The notes under the pieces are model-generated. The model worked only from the letters and a program-made list of their open reading frames with translations, searched no databases and was not told where the DNA came from. This document shows, one piece after another, positions 9,811-19,982 of a DNA stretch of 64,000 nt. The DNA comes from Microcoleaceae cyanobacterium (lineage in GTDB: Bacteria > Cyanobacteriota > Cyanobacteriia > Cyanobacteriales > Microcoleaceae), in NCBI GenBank assembly GCA_051652765.1, contig JBOFUV010000102.1:14959-78958 (forward strand), given 5' to 3'. Made by a program: the position numbers and the translations under genes. The stretch's first letter is position 1, and each line of letters starts with the position of its first letter.

Positions 9811-9870
9811 GGCTATGATATACATCATTGATAATTCTTAATTTTTGTTTACATAGCTCTAGCCTGCCTA

Positions 9871-11277
9871 ATGCTGATTTCCTCCGATTACTCGACCCAG
9901 ATCAAGCAGTTCTTCAAGCGAACCCTGTTTCTTGGGAATGAACCCACCCTGGAACTTGTTGCAATCCTCATGGTTTATTTTGTGCAAGGCATTCTGGGCC
10001 TTGCTCGGTTGGCAGTCAGCTTTTTCTTAAAAGATGACTTGGGCATGAGTCCAGCAGAGGTCTCAGCCATGTTTGGGATTGTGGCCCTGCCATGGGTAAT
10101 TAAGCCTTTATTTGGGTTTGTTTCGGACGGTCTGCCGTTGTTAGGATATCGGCGACGATCTTATCTGATCTTGTCTGGACTGATGGGAACGGCTTCTTGG
10201 ATCATGCTATCGACTTGGGCTCACACTCCCTGGATGGCAACCTTGATCATTACGTTGAGTTCTATCTCTGTCGCTATTAGTGATGTCATTGTCGATTCTT
10301 TGGTGGTTGAACGAGTCCGCAATGAATCTATTAGCGATGTCGGGTCTTTACAATCCCTCTGCTGGGGAACCTCTGCCCTAGGGGGATTGGTAACCGCTTA
10401 TCTGAGTGGCTTTCTCCTAGAACTATTTGACAGTCGAACCATTTTTCTGATTACCGCGAGTTTCCCGTTAATCATCTCAAGTGCTGCATGGCTGATTACC
10501 GAAGAAAAAGTCAGCCGTCTTTCAAGCTGGGATACGGTCAAGGGACAAATCAGTCAACTGCGTCAAGCTGTAACCCAGCGGGCAATCTGGCTGCCCACTG
10601 CGTTTCTGTTTATCTGGCAAGCCACTCCGACTGCAGATTCGGCCTTCTTTTACTTCACCACCAATGAGTTGGGATTTGAGCCTGAATTTTTGGGAAGGGT
10701 GCGGTTAGTGACGAGCATTGCATCCTTGGGCGGGATTTGGCTCTTCCAACGATTTTTTAAATCCGTGCCATTCCGCACTATTTTTGGCTGGTCAACAGTT
10801 GCTTCTGCGGTCTTGGGGATGACGATGCTGCTGTTGGTCACCCATGCGAACCGAACTTTGGGCATTGACGATCACTGGTTTAGTTTGGGAGATAGCTTGA
10901 TCCTCACTGTGATGGGACAAATTGCCTATATGCCTGTGCTAGTTTTGGCGGCTCGGTTATGTCCTGCTGGGGTCGAAGCAACCTTGTTTGCGCTACTGAT
11001 GTCTGTTTCTAATTTGGCGGGGTTGTTGTCCTATGAATCGGGCGCTTTGCTAACCCATGTTTTTCACGTTACAGAAACTAATTTCGAGAATTTATGGCTG
11101 CTGGTCGTGCTCACCAACTTAACCACTCTATTGCCCTTACCGTTCTTGAATTGGTTACCCGATGTCAGCGCTCAAGGAGAGGAAGAACCCGCTCTCATCC
11201 TTGCGCCAGAGATGATTGGTAAAAATGTTGTGCCTGAATTCATCCCTGAATGTGAAGGGATTGGCATTCGAGATTAA
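9871..11277 (+). CDS. Folate/biopterin (BT1) MFS transporter
   Basis: VYFVQG, LPW.IKPLFG..SDGLP..GYRRR and ARLCP.GVEATLFA motifs. Confidence 0.93.
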   Translation: MLISSDYSTQIKQFFKRTLFLGNEPTLELVAILMVYFVQGILGLARLAVSFFLKDDLGMSPAEVSAMFGIVALPWVIKPLFGFVSDGLPLLGYRRRSYLILSGLMGTASWIMLSTWAHTPWMATLIITLSSISVAISDVIVDSLVVERVRNESISDVGSLQSLCWGTSALGGLVTAYLSGFLLELFDSRTIFLITASFPLIISSAAWLITEEKVSRLSSWDTVKGQISQLRQAVTQRAIWLPTAFLFIWQATPTADSAFFYFTTNELGFEPEFLGRVRLVTSIASLGGIWLFQRFFKSVPFRTIFGWSTVASAVLGMTMLLLVTHANRTLGIDDHWFSLGDSLILTVMGQIAYMPVLVLAARLCPAGVEATLFALLMSVSNLAGLLSYESGALLTHVFHVTETNFENLWLLVVLTNLTTLLPLPFLNWLPDVSAQGEEEPALILAPEMIGKNVVPEFIPECEGIGIRD

Positions 11278-11308
11278 TCCCTTCGTTTTAATTTTTTTGT
11301 TTGAAATT

Positions 11309-12796
11309 ATGACAAATACCCAGCTTTCCCATCTTACTTCTGAACCGTTAGGGCTCTCCTACGACCCCCAAGATTGGCAACAAGGATACCGTTCTCAACC
11401 CAATGAGTATGAATATTGGATTGAAGAAATAGCAGGAGAAATTCCCCTGGCATTGGAGGGAACCCTGTTTAGAAATGGCCCCGGTTTACTCGATATTCAG
11501 GGCCAACCGATTCATCATCCTTTTGATGGAGATGGCATGATTTCAGCGATTAAATTCTCCCAAGGTCGGGCCCACTATCGTAACCGCCACGTTCGGACTC
11601 AAGGGTACGTTGAAGAGCAGAAAGCTGGAAAAATCCTCTACCGGGGAGTCTTTGGTACTCAAAAACCGGGAGGAGTGTTGGCAAACATATTTGATCTGAG
11701 GTTAAAAAATATTGCCAATACTCAGGTGATTTATTGGGGTGGGAAATTACTGGCCCTGTGGGAAGCTGCCGAACCCCATCGACTTGACCCAGGGTCCCTC
11801 GAAACCTTTGGTTTGGATGATCTGGATGGGATTTTGCAGCCCGGAGATGCCTTTGCGGCCCATCCTCGGATTGATCCGGCCTGTGAATTTGATCAGGGCG
11901 ATCGCTGTTTAGTCAATTTCTCGATTAAACCCGGCCTTTCAACCACGATTACCATTTATGAACTCTCTCCTACGGGCCAACTCCTCCGAAAACACGCCCA
12001 TTCGGTTCCAGGGTTTGCCTTCATTCATGACTTTGTGATCACGCCTAACTCCTGCATTTTTTTCCAGAATCCCGTGGGTTACAATCCCTTCCCGTTCCTG
12101 CTGGGCTGGGCTGGAGCCGGAGAATGTGTGCAATTCCAGTCTGGCAAACCTACTCGGGTGATTGTGATTCCCCGCGATCCTCAAAACCAGCGGTCTGTAC
12201 AAACCTTTGAAGTAGAAGCTGGATTTGTATTTCACCATGCCAATGCCTTTGAACAAGACGGGGAACTAATTGTCGATTCCGTTTGCTACGCGACCTTGCC
12301 TGGTGTTGACCCCCAGGCTGATTTCCGCAACACCAACTTTGATGATCTCGATCCGGGGCAGTTATGGCGCTTTCAGTTTGATCTTCAGACGGGTTCAGTC
12401 CAGAGCCGATTGATTGAAAGCCGTTGTTGTGAGTTTCCCTCGATTCACCCTGAACACATGGGACGACCTTACCGTTATGCCTACCTGGGAGCTGCCCATC
12501 ATGCAACGGGAAATGCGCCGTTGCAAGCTGTTTTGAAGGTGGATTTGGAGACGGGCGATCGCCAGAGCTGGAGTGCCGCCCCCCGAGGGTTTACCGGAGA
12601 ACCGATCTTTGTTCCCCATCCCCAGGGAACTCAAGAAGACGAAGGTTGGGTCTTGACTCTAGTGTATGATGCCAGTCATCATCGAACTAATATTGTGATT
12701 CTTAATGCTCAGAACTTGAATGCTGCTCCAATTGCCCAGTTGCACCTCAAGCATCATGTTCCCTATGGTCTCCATGGCACCTTTGCTCAGGTTTAG
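11309..12796 (+). CDS. Carotenoid/apocarotenoid oxygenase (RPE65 family)
   Basis: GTLFRNGPG, HPFDGDG, EDEGW and VPYGLHG motifs with four His iron ligands; ATG 11309 preferred over the ORF-track start. Confidence 0.92.
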   Translation: MTNTQLSHLTSEPLGLSYDPQDWQQGYRSQPNEYEYWIEEIAGEIPLALEGTLFRNGPGLLDIQGQPIHHPFDGDGMISAIKFSQGRAHYRNRHVRTQGYVEEQKAGKILYRGVFGTQKPGGVLANIFDLRLKNIANTQVIYWGGKLLALWEAAEPHRLDPGSLETFGLDDLDGILQPGDAFAAHPRIDPACEFDQGDRCLVNFSIKPGLSTTITIYELSPTGQLLRKHAHSVPGFAFIHDFVITPNSCIFFQNPVGYNPFPFLLGWAGAGECVQFQSGKPTRVIVIPRDPQNQRSVQTFEVEAGFVFHHANAFEQDGELIVDSVCYATLPGVDPQADFRNTNFDDLDPGQLWRFQFDLQTGSVQSRLIESRCCEFPSIHPEHMGRPYRYAYLGAAHHATGNAPLQAVLKVDLETGDRQSWSAAPRGFTGEPIFVPHPQGTQEDEGWVLTLVYDASHHRTNIVILNAQNLNAAPIAQLHLKHHVPYGLHGTFAQV

Positions 12797-12931
12797 GGCT
12801 AGTCTTTATGATGTCAGGTTCGATGATATCCAAAACAGATTGGATGGGTGACTTGTAGGCTATTTTACCGGAACCACAGAGGTGTCTGATATACTAGAAG
12901 ACTGTAACAATTTTTAGAAACAAGCTGAACT

Positions 12932-13201
12932 ATGACTCTCACGCAACAGCGTAAACAAGAAATCATGGCTGACCATCAGACCCATGAGACCGATACAGGT
13001 TCCTCAGATGTGCAAGTAGCGCTGCTGACAGCCCGAATTAACAAACTCAGTGAGCATCTCAAGGTCAACAAGAAGGATCATGCCTCCAGACGAGGTTTGC
13101 TCCAGATGATTGGCCATCGCAAGCGTCTACTGAGCTACATTCGCAACCAAGACTTGGCTCGATATCAGGCACTGATTAAGCGGTTGGGGATTCGGGGCTA
13201 G
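12932..13201 (+). CDS. rpsO: 30S ribosomal protein S15
   Basis: DTGS..VQVALLT.RI..L..HL...KKDH.SRRGL motif; 89 aa. Confidence 0.98.
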   Translation: MTLTQQRKQEIMADHQTHETDTGSSDVQVALLTARINKLSEHLKVNKKDHASRRGLLQMIGHRKRLLSYIRNQDLARYQALIKRLGIRG

Positions 13202-13272
13202 GGCTTGAACCCAAGTTTGCCAGTCTACGTGAGTTGAGCTTGTAAGTTAAACTGATGCAACGTTCAGCGTGA

Positions 13273-13910
13273 TAACGTTCAGCGTAATATTGATGAAACA
13301 GTCCTATGCCCTCTAAACCGTCTCGTCAGCGTCTTCCCTTTGAACCTAGCAAAAACGTTAAAAAACCTGCTAAGACAGAGGCTTCAGGAATGCCTTCAAG
13401 CTCGGAGCCTTCCCCTGCGGTAGAAACCCGTCAGCCCAAACAGAAGGTTCAGGCTGTTTCACCACAGGCTTCGATTCGTTCAGCCGATCGAGCAATTCCT
13501 GAAGCGGTCAGTCGCCGGATGGTTGCTCGGATGGCAACATTCTCGGGTGTGCCGTTATTTATGGCAATGGGCACTTTTATTGCCAGTTATCTAATTGTGA
13601 CTAATGAGATGTTTCCCCTACCTGGCACCGCCGTATTGCTGATGAGTTTAGGGTGGTTTGGTTTGAGTGTTGTGGGAGTCAGCTATGGTGTACTTTCAGC
13701 CTCATGGGACGAGGAGAATGTTGGTAGTCGATTAGGCTGGCAGGAGTTTCGGCTGAACTCGGATCGGGCCTGGGGCGCAATCCAGGCAGGGAGACAGCAG
13801 TCTAAGGCGCGGCGGGAGAGCGATCGCCAGAAACCCACTCCAGGGGCCAAGCCTTAAGTCCTAAGCGTTAGAAACTGAGCAATGATGGCTCAACATTACG
13901 CTGAACGTTA
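13273..13910. repeat. 21-bp inverted repeat pair (13273-13293 / 13890-13910) bracketing pam68
   Basis: TAACGTTCAGCGTAATATTGA vs TCAACATTACGCTGAACGTTA, 20/21 complementary; 15 bp of the left arm is tandemly duplicated (13259-13288). Confidence 0.93.
13306..13857 (+). CDS. pam68: PAM68 family PSII assembly protein
   Basis: LPFEP, IPEAVS.RM..RM and SYGVLSASWD motifs; conserved rpsO-pam68-aroF order. Confidence 0.93.
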   Translation: MPSKPSRQRLPFEPSKNVKKPAKTEASGMPSSSEPSPAVETRQPKQKVQAVSPQASIRSADRAIPEAVSRRMVARMATFSGVPLFMAMGTFIASYLIVTNEMFPLPGTAVLLMSLGWFGLSVVGVSYGVLSASWDEENVGSRLGWQEFRLNSDRAWGAIQAGRQQSKARRESDRQKPTPGAKP

Positions 13911-14046
13911 AAAAAAAGGAACAACGATTTGAATCTCCCCAGAGTACGTTACATTAACTGTTAGGGAAAGCGCAGGTTGGGTGCCAGAGCTAGGCTGACT
14001 ATCCACCTCCTCACTGCAAACTAGTAGGGCAATAGGAAAGAGTTCA

Positions 14047-15108
14047 ATGATTATCGTGATGAAAGTCGGTTCTCCAGAGTCCGAAATTGAACGAGTTGGC
14101 GAAGAGCTTCAGACAACTTGGAATGTTACTCCAGAGAAGATTGTAGGCAAACATAAGGTTGTTATCGGTTTAGTTGGGGAAACGGCTGATCTTGACCCTT
14201 TGCAGTTACGGGAAATCAGCCCCTTTATCGAAGATGTGCTTCGGGTTGAAAAACCCTTTAAGCGTACTTGCCGAGAGTTTCGCCATGGAGAAGCTAGCGA
14301 AGTTGCTGTTCCCACTCCAGCAGGAACAGTTCATTTTGGGGAAAACCATCCTCTAGTTATTGTTGCGGGGCCGTGTTCCGTTGAAAATGAAGAGATGATC
14401 GTTGAAACAGCACGGCGGGTCAAAGCTGCCGGTGCAAAGTTCTTGCGAGGTGGGGCTTACAAACCCCGGACTTCTCCTTATGCATTTCAGGGCCATGGAG
14501 AGAGTGCCCTAGAGCTTTTGGTTACGGCCCGAGAAGAAACAGGGTTAGGGATCATTACTGAGCTGATGGATGCCGAAGATCTGCCTGTGCTGGGGAAAGT
14601 TGCCGATGTCATCCAAGTTGGCGCTCGCAACATGCAGAATTTTTCGCTGTTGAAGAAAGTGGGCGCTCAGGATAAACCGGTGTTGCTCAAGCGGGGGATG
14701 TCTGCCACTGTTGAAGAGTGGCTGATGGCTGCGGAGTATATCTTAGCAGGTGGAAACCCCAATGTCATTCTCTGCGAGCGCGGGATTCGCACCTTTGACC
14801 GGCATTACACTCGCAACACATTGGATTTGTCGGTGATTCCTGTCCTCCGCCTCTTAACTCACTTGCCCATCATGATTGATCCCAGTCATGGAACGGGGCT
14901 AGCTGAATATGTGCCCTCAATGACTTTAGCTGCTATTGCCGCAGGGACAGATTCTCTCATGATTGAAGTTCACCCCAACCCTGCAAAGGCGCTGTCTGAT
15001 GGGCCTCAGTCCCTCACTCCAGAACAATTCGACCGACTGATGCAGGAAATGGCTGTGATTGGCAAGGCGGTTAAGCGTTGGCCGCAGATGGAGCCTGCCT
15101 TGGTTTGA
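14047..15108 (+). CDS. aroF: DAHP synthase (3-deoxy-7-phosphoheptulonate synthase)
   Basis: [18 protein letters not shown] and DPSHGTG motifs. Confidence 0.95.
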   Translation: MIIVMKVGSPESEIERVGEELQTTWNVTPEKIVGKHKVVIGLVGETADLDPLQLREISPFIEDVLRVEKPFKRTCREFRHGEASEVAVPTPAGTVHFGENHPLVIVAGPCSVENEEMIVETARRVKAAGAKFLRGGAYKPRTSPYAFQGHGESALELLVTAREETGLGIITELMDAEDLPVLGKVADVIQVGARNMQNFSLLKKVGAQDKPVLLKRGMSATVEEWLMAAEYILAGGNPNVILCERGIRTFDRHYTRNTLDLSVIPVLRLLTHLPIMIDPSHGTGLAEYVPSMTLAAIAAGTDSLMIEVHPNPAKALSDGPQSLTPEQFDRLMQEMAVIGKAVKRWPQMEPALV

Positions 15109-15229
15109 TTGATCCAACCTTGAGGGGTGCTAGGTCAAACAAAGCTTGTAAACAGGTGGAGTTCAGACAATCTTGTCCGTTTTCAAGCGGGCTGATCGTG
15201 TATCAAACCGAATGGGTTATGGTTGATGC

Positions 15230-15270
15230 AAACTTGCGAGACTCAAGAGCTTATTGAGTCTCGCAGGTTT
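15230..15270 (+). terminator. 17-bp stem-loop downstream of aroF
   Basis: AAACTTGCGAGACTCAA-gagctta-TTGAGTCTCGCAGGTTT (one G.U pair). Confidence 0.7.
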
Positions 15271-15706
15271 AACATATGGTTTAACATATATGCCTAGGAT
15301 AATCCTAGGGTGAAGGGCTAGGGAGCAAAGCAAAAACATTCAACTTGCTTTCAAAAATGCCTGAATGGAAACGATCAGAGAGCAGGATTAACCTCAGAAC
15401 GCCTAGACTCTGATGATCGCCGGGGAACAATTTACCCGGAATTTAGAACAAGAGATGTAGAACCAGAAATATAGAGTCAGAGATCTACAGCTAGGAATTA
15501 GACTAGAAAGAGATTCAGCGAAAGATTAAGCATCTGCAATAGATATAGAGATTTAAGATAAGCTGAACAGATTGACGAGGGAAGTATTGGCAAATTTTGT
15601 GAAGTTTGCTCCTGAAGTTTATCCGTGAAATTTAGCTAACAGTCTGGCTAGGTTAAATTATTTAACGCCATCGACACCGTATAGGTTGATATTAAGGAGA
15701 CAGAAG

Positions 15707-16513
15707 ATGTTCTGGAAATCATTGCGGATTCTGAGTAGGCTAGTGGGAGTATTGTCTCTGACAACAGTTAGTTTGATAAGTGTACCCTTGCAGGCTTCAA
15801 GCTTAGAATTTCCTCCATCCCCCAATCGCAACGGCCCTAAAAGCACTGCTGGCGGAGGAACTCGGGGTGGCCCAGAAAGTCAAGAGCAGATTTGTACCAC
15901 GGGAGAGATTCCCCTAACCGCCTTGATTCCCGCTGAGGACGATGAAATCATAACGGTTAAAGCAAATCCAGAGTTTTTCACCTATGTTCCCCGAACAACA
16001 GCCAAACAGGCTCAGGTTTCGTTAATTGATCAAGACACAGGGGATGAGATCTACAGGAACACCTTTGGTTTACCAAGTCAGCCTGGAATCATTTCTGTTC
16101 CTTTGCCAGAAAGCGTTGCCCTAGAGGTTGGAAAATCTTACATCTGGCAGTTCGAGGTGCTCTGTAATCCCGACGACCCAGCGGAAGTTGAATTTGTTCA
16201 AGTTACGATCACTCGTGCAAAATTGAGCGAGGAGCTAAAAAAACAACTAGAAGCCACTAAAGAACCGCTGAAACAAGCTGAACTCTTGGCAAAAGAGCGA
16301 GTCTGGCTCGATACCCTGGTCGTCATGGCTCAACTCCGAGACTCTAACCAAACGGAATGGGAACAGTTGCTCAAGTCGGTAAAATTAGGGGATCTTTCCT
16401 CTGTCCCGTTGACCTCCTGCTGTACAGCCGATCCAGAACCTACTGAATTAAAACCTACTGAATTAAAACCCTCTGAATTAAAACCTACTGAATTAAAACC
16501 TTGCGGACGTTAA
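15707..16513 (+). CDS. DUF928 domain protein
   Basis: Signal peptide, STAGGGTRG, LTALIP and P.FF.YVP motifs; AAGGAG SD before ATG 15707. Confidence 0.9.
   Translation: MFWKSLRILSRLVGVLSLTTVSLISVPLQASSLEFPPSPNRNGPKSTAGGGTRGGPESQEQICTTGEIPLTALIPAEDDEIITVKANPEFFTYVPRTTAKQAQVSLIDQDTGDEIYRNTFGLPSQPGIISVPLPESVALEVGKSYIWQFEVLCNPDDPAEVEFVQVTITRAKLSEELKKQLEATKEPLKQAELLAKERVWLDTLVVMAQLRDSNQTEWEQLLKSVKLGDLSSVPLTSCCTADPEPTELKPTELKPSELKPTELKPCGR
16437..16501 (+). repeat. Coding tandem repeat AACCTACTGAATTAA x4 encoding (PTELK)n
   Basis: 15-bp period at the DUF928 C-terminus. Confidence 0.92.
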
Positions 16514-16522
16514 ATTCTCTCC

Positions 16523-18781
16523 ATGAGAAACCTCTGGATCACCTGGAAAAGGAAATTATGGGATTGGCGCGGGGTCTGGATCGCAACTCCTTCAATGGCA
16601 GTGTTAATTCTGCTCCTACGTTTTGCTGGGATCTTGGAACCCCTAGAATGGTCAATCTTTGATCAGTACATGCGGCTACGTCCGCCAGACCCGCCCAGCA
16701 AACGAATTGCCATTATTGGCCTCGACGAGGCGGACATGCAATACCTCGGTCAGGGCTATGTGTCTGACCAGATTTATGTCCAACTCCTCCGCAAGTTGAT
16801 TGCGATGGAACCTCGGGCCATTGGTTTAGATATTTACCGCGATTTACCCTACGAGCCCGGTCATGAGGAACTCACAAAAATTTTTGAGACCACTGAGAAC
16901 TTAGTGGGCATTGAAAAAGTGGTGGGCGATCGCCTCCGCCAAGCCGTTGCAGCTCCTCCAGCATTAAAACAAGTGGGGCGAGTCGCGGCCAATGATGTCT
17001 TGCTAGATGACGATAGCACCATTCGGCGGGCCTTGCTGGTTCACAAGAATGAAAATGACGAAACCTTCTACGGTCTTGGTTTGTATCTCGCCATGCTCTA
17101 TCTGGAGCAGGAAGGTATTTCCCCCCAGATCATTCCAGGAACGGATAATTGGTGGCAGTTTGGTCATGTGGTCTTCACGCCCTTCAACGCGAATGATGGC
17201 GGATATATCCGTGCTGATGCGGGCGGCTATCAAGTCTTGCTCAATTATCAAGGCCCCCCTGGATCTTCTTTTGAAACTATTTCCTATCGAGATATTTTGG
17301 CAGATCGGGTTCCGGCAGATTGGGGACGCGATCGCCTGATTATGATTGGGGCAGTAGGGGACAGTTTCCAGGATTTGTTTGCGACTCCGTTTACCCAATC
17401 GGCAGATCAGCGCATGGCTGGGGTTGAAGTTCATGCCCATATTGCCAGTCAGATTATTGATGCGGCCCTAGACAACCGTCCTTTGCTCAAAACCTGGTCA
17501 GAATCTCAGGAATGGCTGTGGATATTGTTCTGGTCAGGGGTCGGGGCCGCCTTAACTTGGACTATTCGATCCACGAGTCATATTAGGCGATTTTTGCTGC
17601 GACAAGTGAGTCTATTTGGGATGGCAACGGGGACTTTAGGAGCCATAACCTATTTTGCTCTACTCAAGGGATGGTGGCTGCCTGTGGTTCCGCCATTTTT
17701 GGCCATGTCTGGATCAGCGATCGCGATTACTGCCTACATTGCTCGTACTGCTGCTGACATTCGTAAAACCTTTGGACGGTATTTGAGTGATGAAATTGTC
17801 GCAACGTTGTTAGAAAGTCCAGAGGGTTTAAAGATGGGCGGAGAGCGCCGTAAAATTACCATACTGACCTCAGATTTACGGGGATTTACTGCCCTTTCAG
17901 AACGATTATCGCCAGAAGAAGTTGTTAAAGTTCTCAACTTTTACTTATCCCAAATGGCAGATGTCATCACGGATTATCAAGGCACGATTGATGAATTCAT
18001 GGGGGATGGAATTTTAGTCTTGTTTGGTGCACCAACTCCACGAGCAGATGATGCAACCAGGGCTGTTGCCTGTGCCGTTGAGATGCAAATCAAGATGTTA
18101 GAAGTGAACCAACAGTTGGAAGCCTGGGATTTAAACCTATTAGAAATGGGAATTGGCATTAATACAGGAGAGGTTGTCGTCGGCAATTTGGGTTCGGAAA
18201 AGCGCACAAAATATGGTGTTGTTGGGAATCAAGTGAACTTGACCTATCGGATTGAATCCTACACAACAGGCGGACAAATTATTATTTCAGAAACAACCCT
18301 CAAAGAAGCTGGAGAGAATATTATCAAAGTTGATAGTAAAAAATTGGTTCAGCCTAAAGGGGTGAAGCATCCAATTAATATTTATGAAGTTGGAGGTATT
18401 GCTGGAGACTATAATTTACGGATTACACAAGCAGAAGAAGTCTTTTTCCCCATTCCAGAGCTGTTTTTACACTATACGATTCTGGAAGGCAAACATGTGG
18501 GCGAGAACTTGTTTACGGGACAGTTATTGCAACTTTCAACGCGGGGGGGTCTAATCCAAGCGGAAGGCGGCGAGAATGCTTTACCCATTGTCCTGACGAA
18601 TATCAAAATCAACTTGCAGTCTGAACAAGCAGAACTGCGAGAAGATTTTTACGCCAAAGTTCTAGAGGAACAGGCCGAAGCCGGGAAATTTTATATCCGC
18701 TTTACCTCAAAGCCTCCTGCTGTTGAAGCAAAGTTTCAGGAAATTTTTGAGCGCGCTCAGAAACAGGTTGAACCCCAATAA
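16523..18781 (+). CDS. CHASE2-domain class III nucleotide cyclase (Cya2-like, likely guanylyl cyclase)
   Basis: CHASE2 (IGLDIYRDLP, GVEVHA), 3 TM helices, SDLRGFT, DEFMGDG and KYGVVGNQVN motifs. Confidence 0.9.
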   Translation: MRNLWITWKRKLWDWRGVWIATPSMAVLILLLRFAGILEPLEWSIFDQYMRLRPPDPPSKRIAIIGLDEADMQYLGQGYVSDQIYVQLLRKLIAMEPRAIGLDIYRDLPYEPGHEELTKIFETTENLVGIEKVVGDRLRQAVAAPPALKQVGRVAANDVLLDDDSTIRRALLVHKNENDETFYGLGLYLAMLYLEQEGISPQIIPGTDNWWQFGHVVFTPFNANDGGYIRADAGGYQVLLNYQGPPGSSFETISYRDILADRVPADWGRDRLIMIGAVGDSFQDLFATPFTQSADQRMAGVEVHAHIASQIIDAALDNRPLLKTWSESQEWLWILFWSGVGAALTWTIRSTSHIRRFLLRQVSLFGMATGTLGAITYFALLKGWWLPVVPPFLAMSGSAIAITAYIARTAADIRKTFGRYLSDEIVATLLESPEGLKMGGERRKITILTSDLRGFTALSERLSPEEVVKVLNFYLSQMADVITDYQGTIDEFMGDGILVLFGAPTPRADDATRAVACAVEMQIKMLEVNQQLEAWDLNLLEMGIGINTGEVVVGNLGSEKRTKYGVVGNQVNLTYRIESYTTGGQIIISETTLKEAGENIIKVDSKKLVQPKGVKHPINIYEVGGIAGDYNLRITQAEEVFFPIPELFLHYTILEGKHVGENLFTGQLLQLSTRGGLIQAEGGENALPIVLTNIKINLQSEQAELREDFYAKVLEEQAEAGKFYIRFTSKPPAVEAKFQEIFERAQKQVEPQ

Positions 18782-18822
18782 CAGCCGGGATAGTTAACCT
18801 TGTGAGTCCTGAACAACAGTTG

Positions 18823-19929
18823 TCAACGGATCAACGCTGGAAAACTTGGCACATTTACCCAGGTTCCAGTCGCGTTGGATTCATGGGTTAGATCCATTAA
18901 CAATTGAGAATAAACCCCTTCCCACAAAGAAGGAACAAGGGATTGACCCTGTTGAATGCCTGTCACCCATTGATCAATGACTCGAATGAAGGGAGCAATC
19001 CTGCCATCTGGATAAACCTGGGAAAAAGCTAACCGTTCAGGAATAGCAAGCTCTACCAAGGCATCCCCATGTTTACTCCCCCAAAGTTTAAATCCATGGA
19101 CATAATCCTGTTGATTGTCACTGCCTAAAACAAGCGTTCCCTCACTGCCATACACCTCGACCCAGTGCCCCCGTCCTTGATAAGTGACCGAACTCAGACA
19201 CACCTGACAGGGAGTACCCTCTTCCAGTTCTAACATCAGCATACAGGTATCATCCGCATCCACAGGTTTTAACATCCCTTGGTCTAACGGATCAGGGCGT
19301 TCTCCAATTGCCGTGCTCAACTGTCCACAGAGCCGACGAACTGGCCCAAACAACCAACTCACATAGTCAAAGCTATGGGAACCGATCGCCCCTAACGCCC
19401 CTCCACCCTTGTCGGCTTGAGCATACCAATTCCAGGGCCGTTCAGGATTGGCGCGACTCGAGACTAACCAGTCAATTTTAATTAACCGCTTTTTCCCCAC
19501 ATAGCCTGCGGCTAACAGTTCGGCCAAGTGTTGCCAAGCTGGAACAAACCGAAACTCAAAATCCATAGTGGTCACACACCCCTTTCCCTGTGCCAACTGA
19601 TGGAGATAGCGAGCTTCTTGCACAGTTAACGCGGTAGGTTTTTCTAGTAACAAATGTTTGCCAGCATGGAGCACGGTTTTTGCCATCTCAAAATGCAAAA
19701 ACGGCGGGGTTGAAATCGCTGCACCTACCACCTCTGACAAGGCCATCACGTCTTCAAGGTGGTTACAAGCATGGGGAATGCCATGGCTAGACGCGATCGC
19801 CTGTGCCTTCTCCAAGTCCCGATGATACACAGCAACGACTTCAGTCTGAGGATGGGCTTGAAACCCAGGGATATGAACCTTTTTGCCAAACCCTGTCCCA
19901 ATTACCGCGATGCCCAATTTGTTTACCAT
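18823..19929 (-). CDS. Gfo/Idh/MocA family oxidoreductase
   Basis: IGTGFG, LLEKP and GGGALGAIGSH motifs. Confidence 0.92.
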   Translation of the reverse strand: MVNKLGIAVIGTGFGKKVHIPGFQAHPQTEVVAVYHRDLEKAQAIASSHGIPHACNHLEDVMALSEVVGAAISTPPFLHFEMAKTVLHAGKHLLLEKPTALTVQEARYLHQLAQGKGCVTTMDFEFRFVPAWQHLAELLAAGYVGKKRLIKIDWLVSSRANPERPWNWYAQADKGGGALGAIGSHSFDYVSWLFGPVRRLCGQLSTAIGERPDPLDQGMLKPVDADDTCMLMLELEEGTPCQVCLSSVTYQGRGHWVEVYGSEGTLVLGSDNQQDYVHGFKLWGSKHGDALVELAIPERLAFSQVYPDGRIAPFIRVIDQWVTGIQQGQSLVPSLWEGVYSQLLMDLTHESNATGTWVNVPSFPALIR

Positions 19930-19982
19930 AAGTCTCTAGGAGTGACGACTGAAAGATATCTTAAAGTATCTCTAAAGTGTCT

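Noticed and set aside
13273..13910. pam68 segment as a transposon or MITE
   Set aside because: The cargo is a core gene in conserved synteny, with no transposase and no clear target-site duplication
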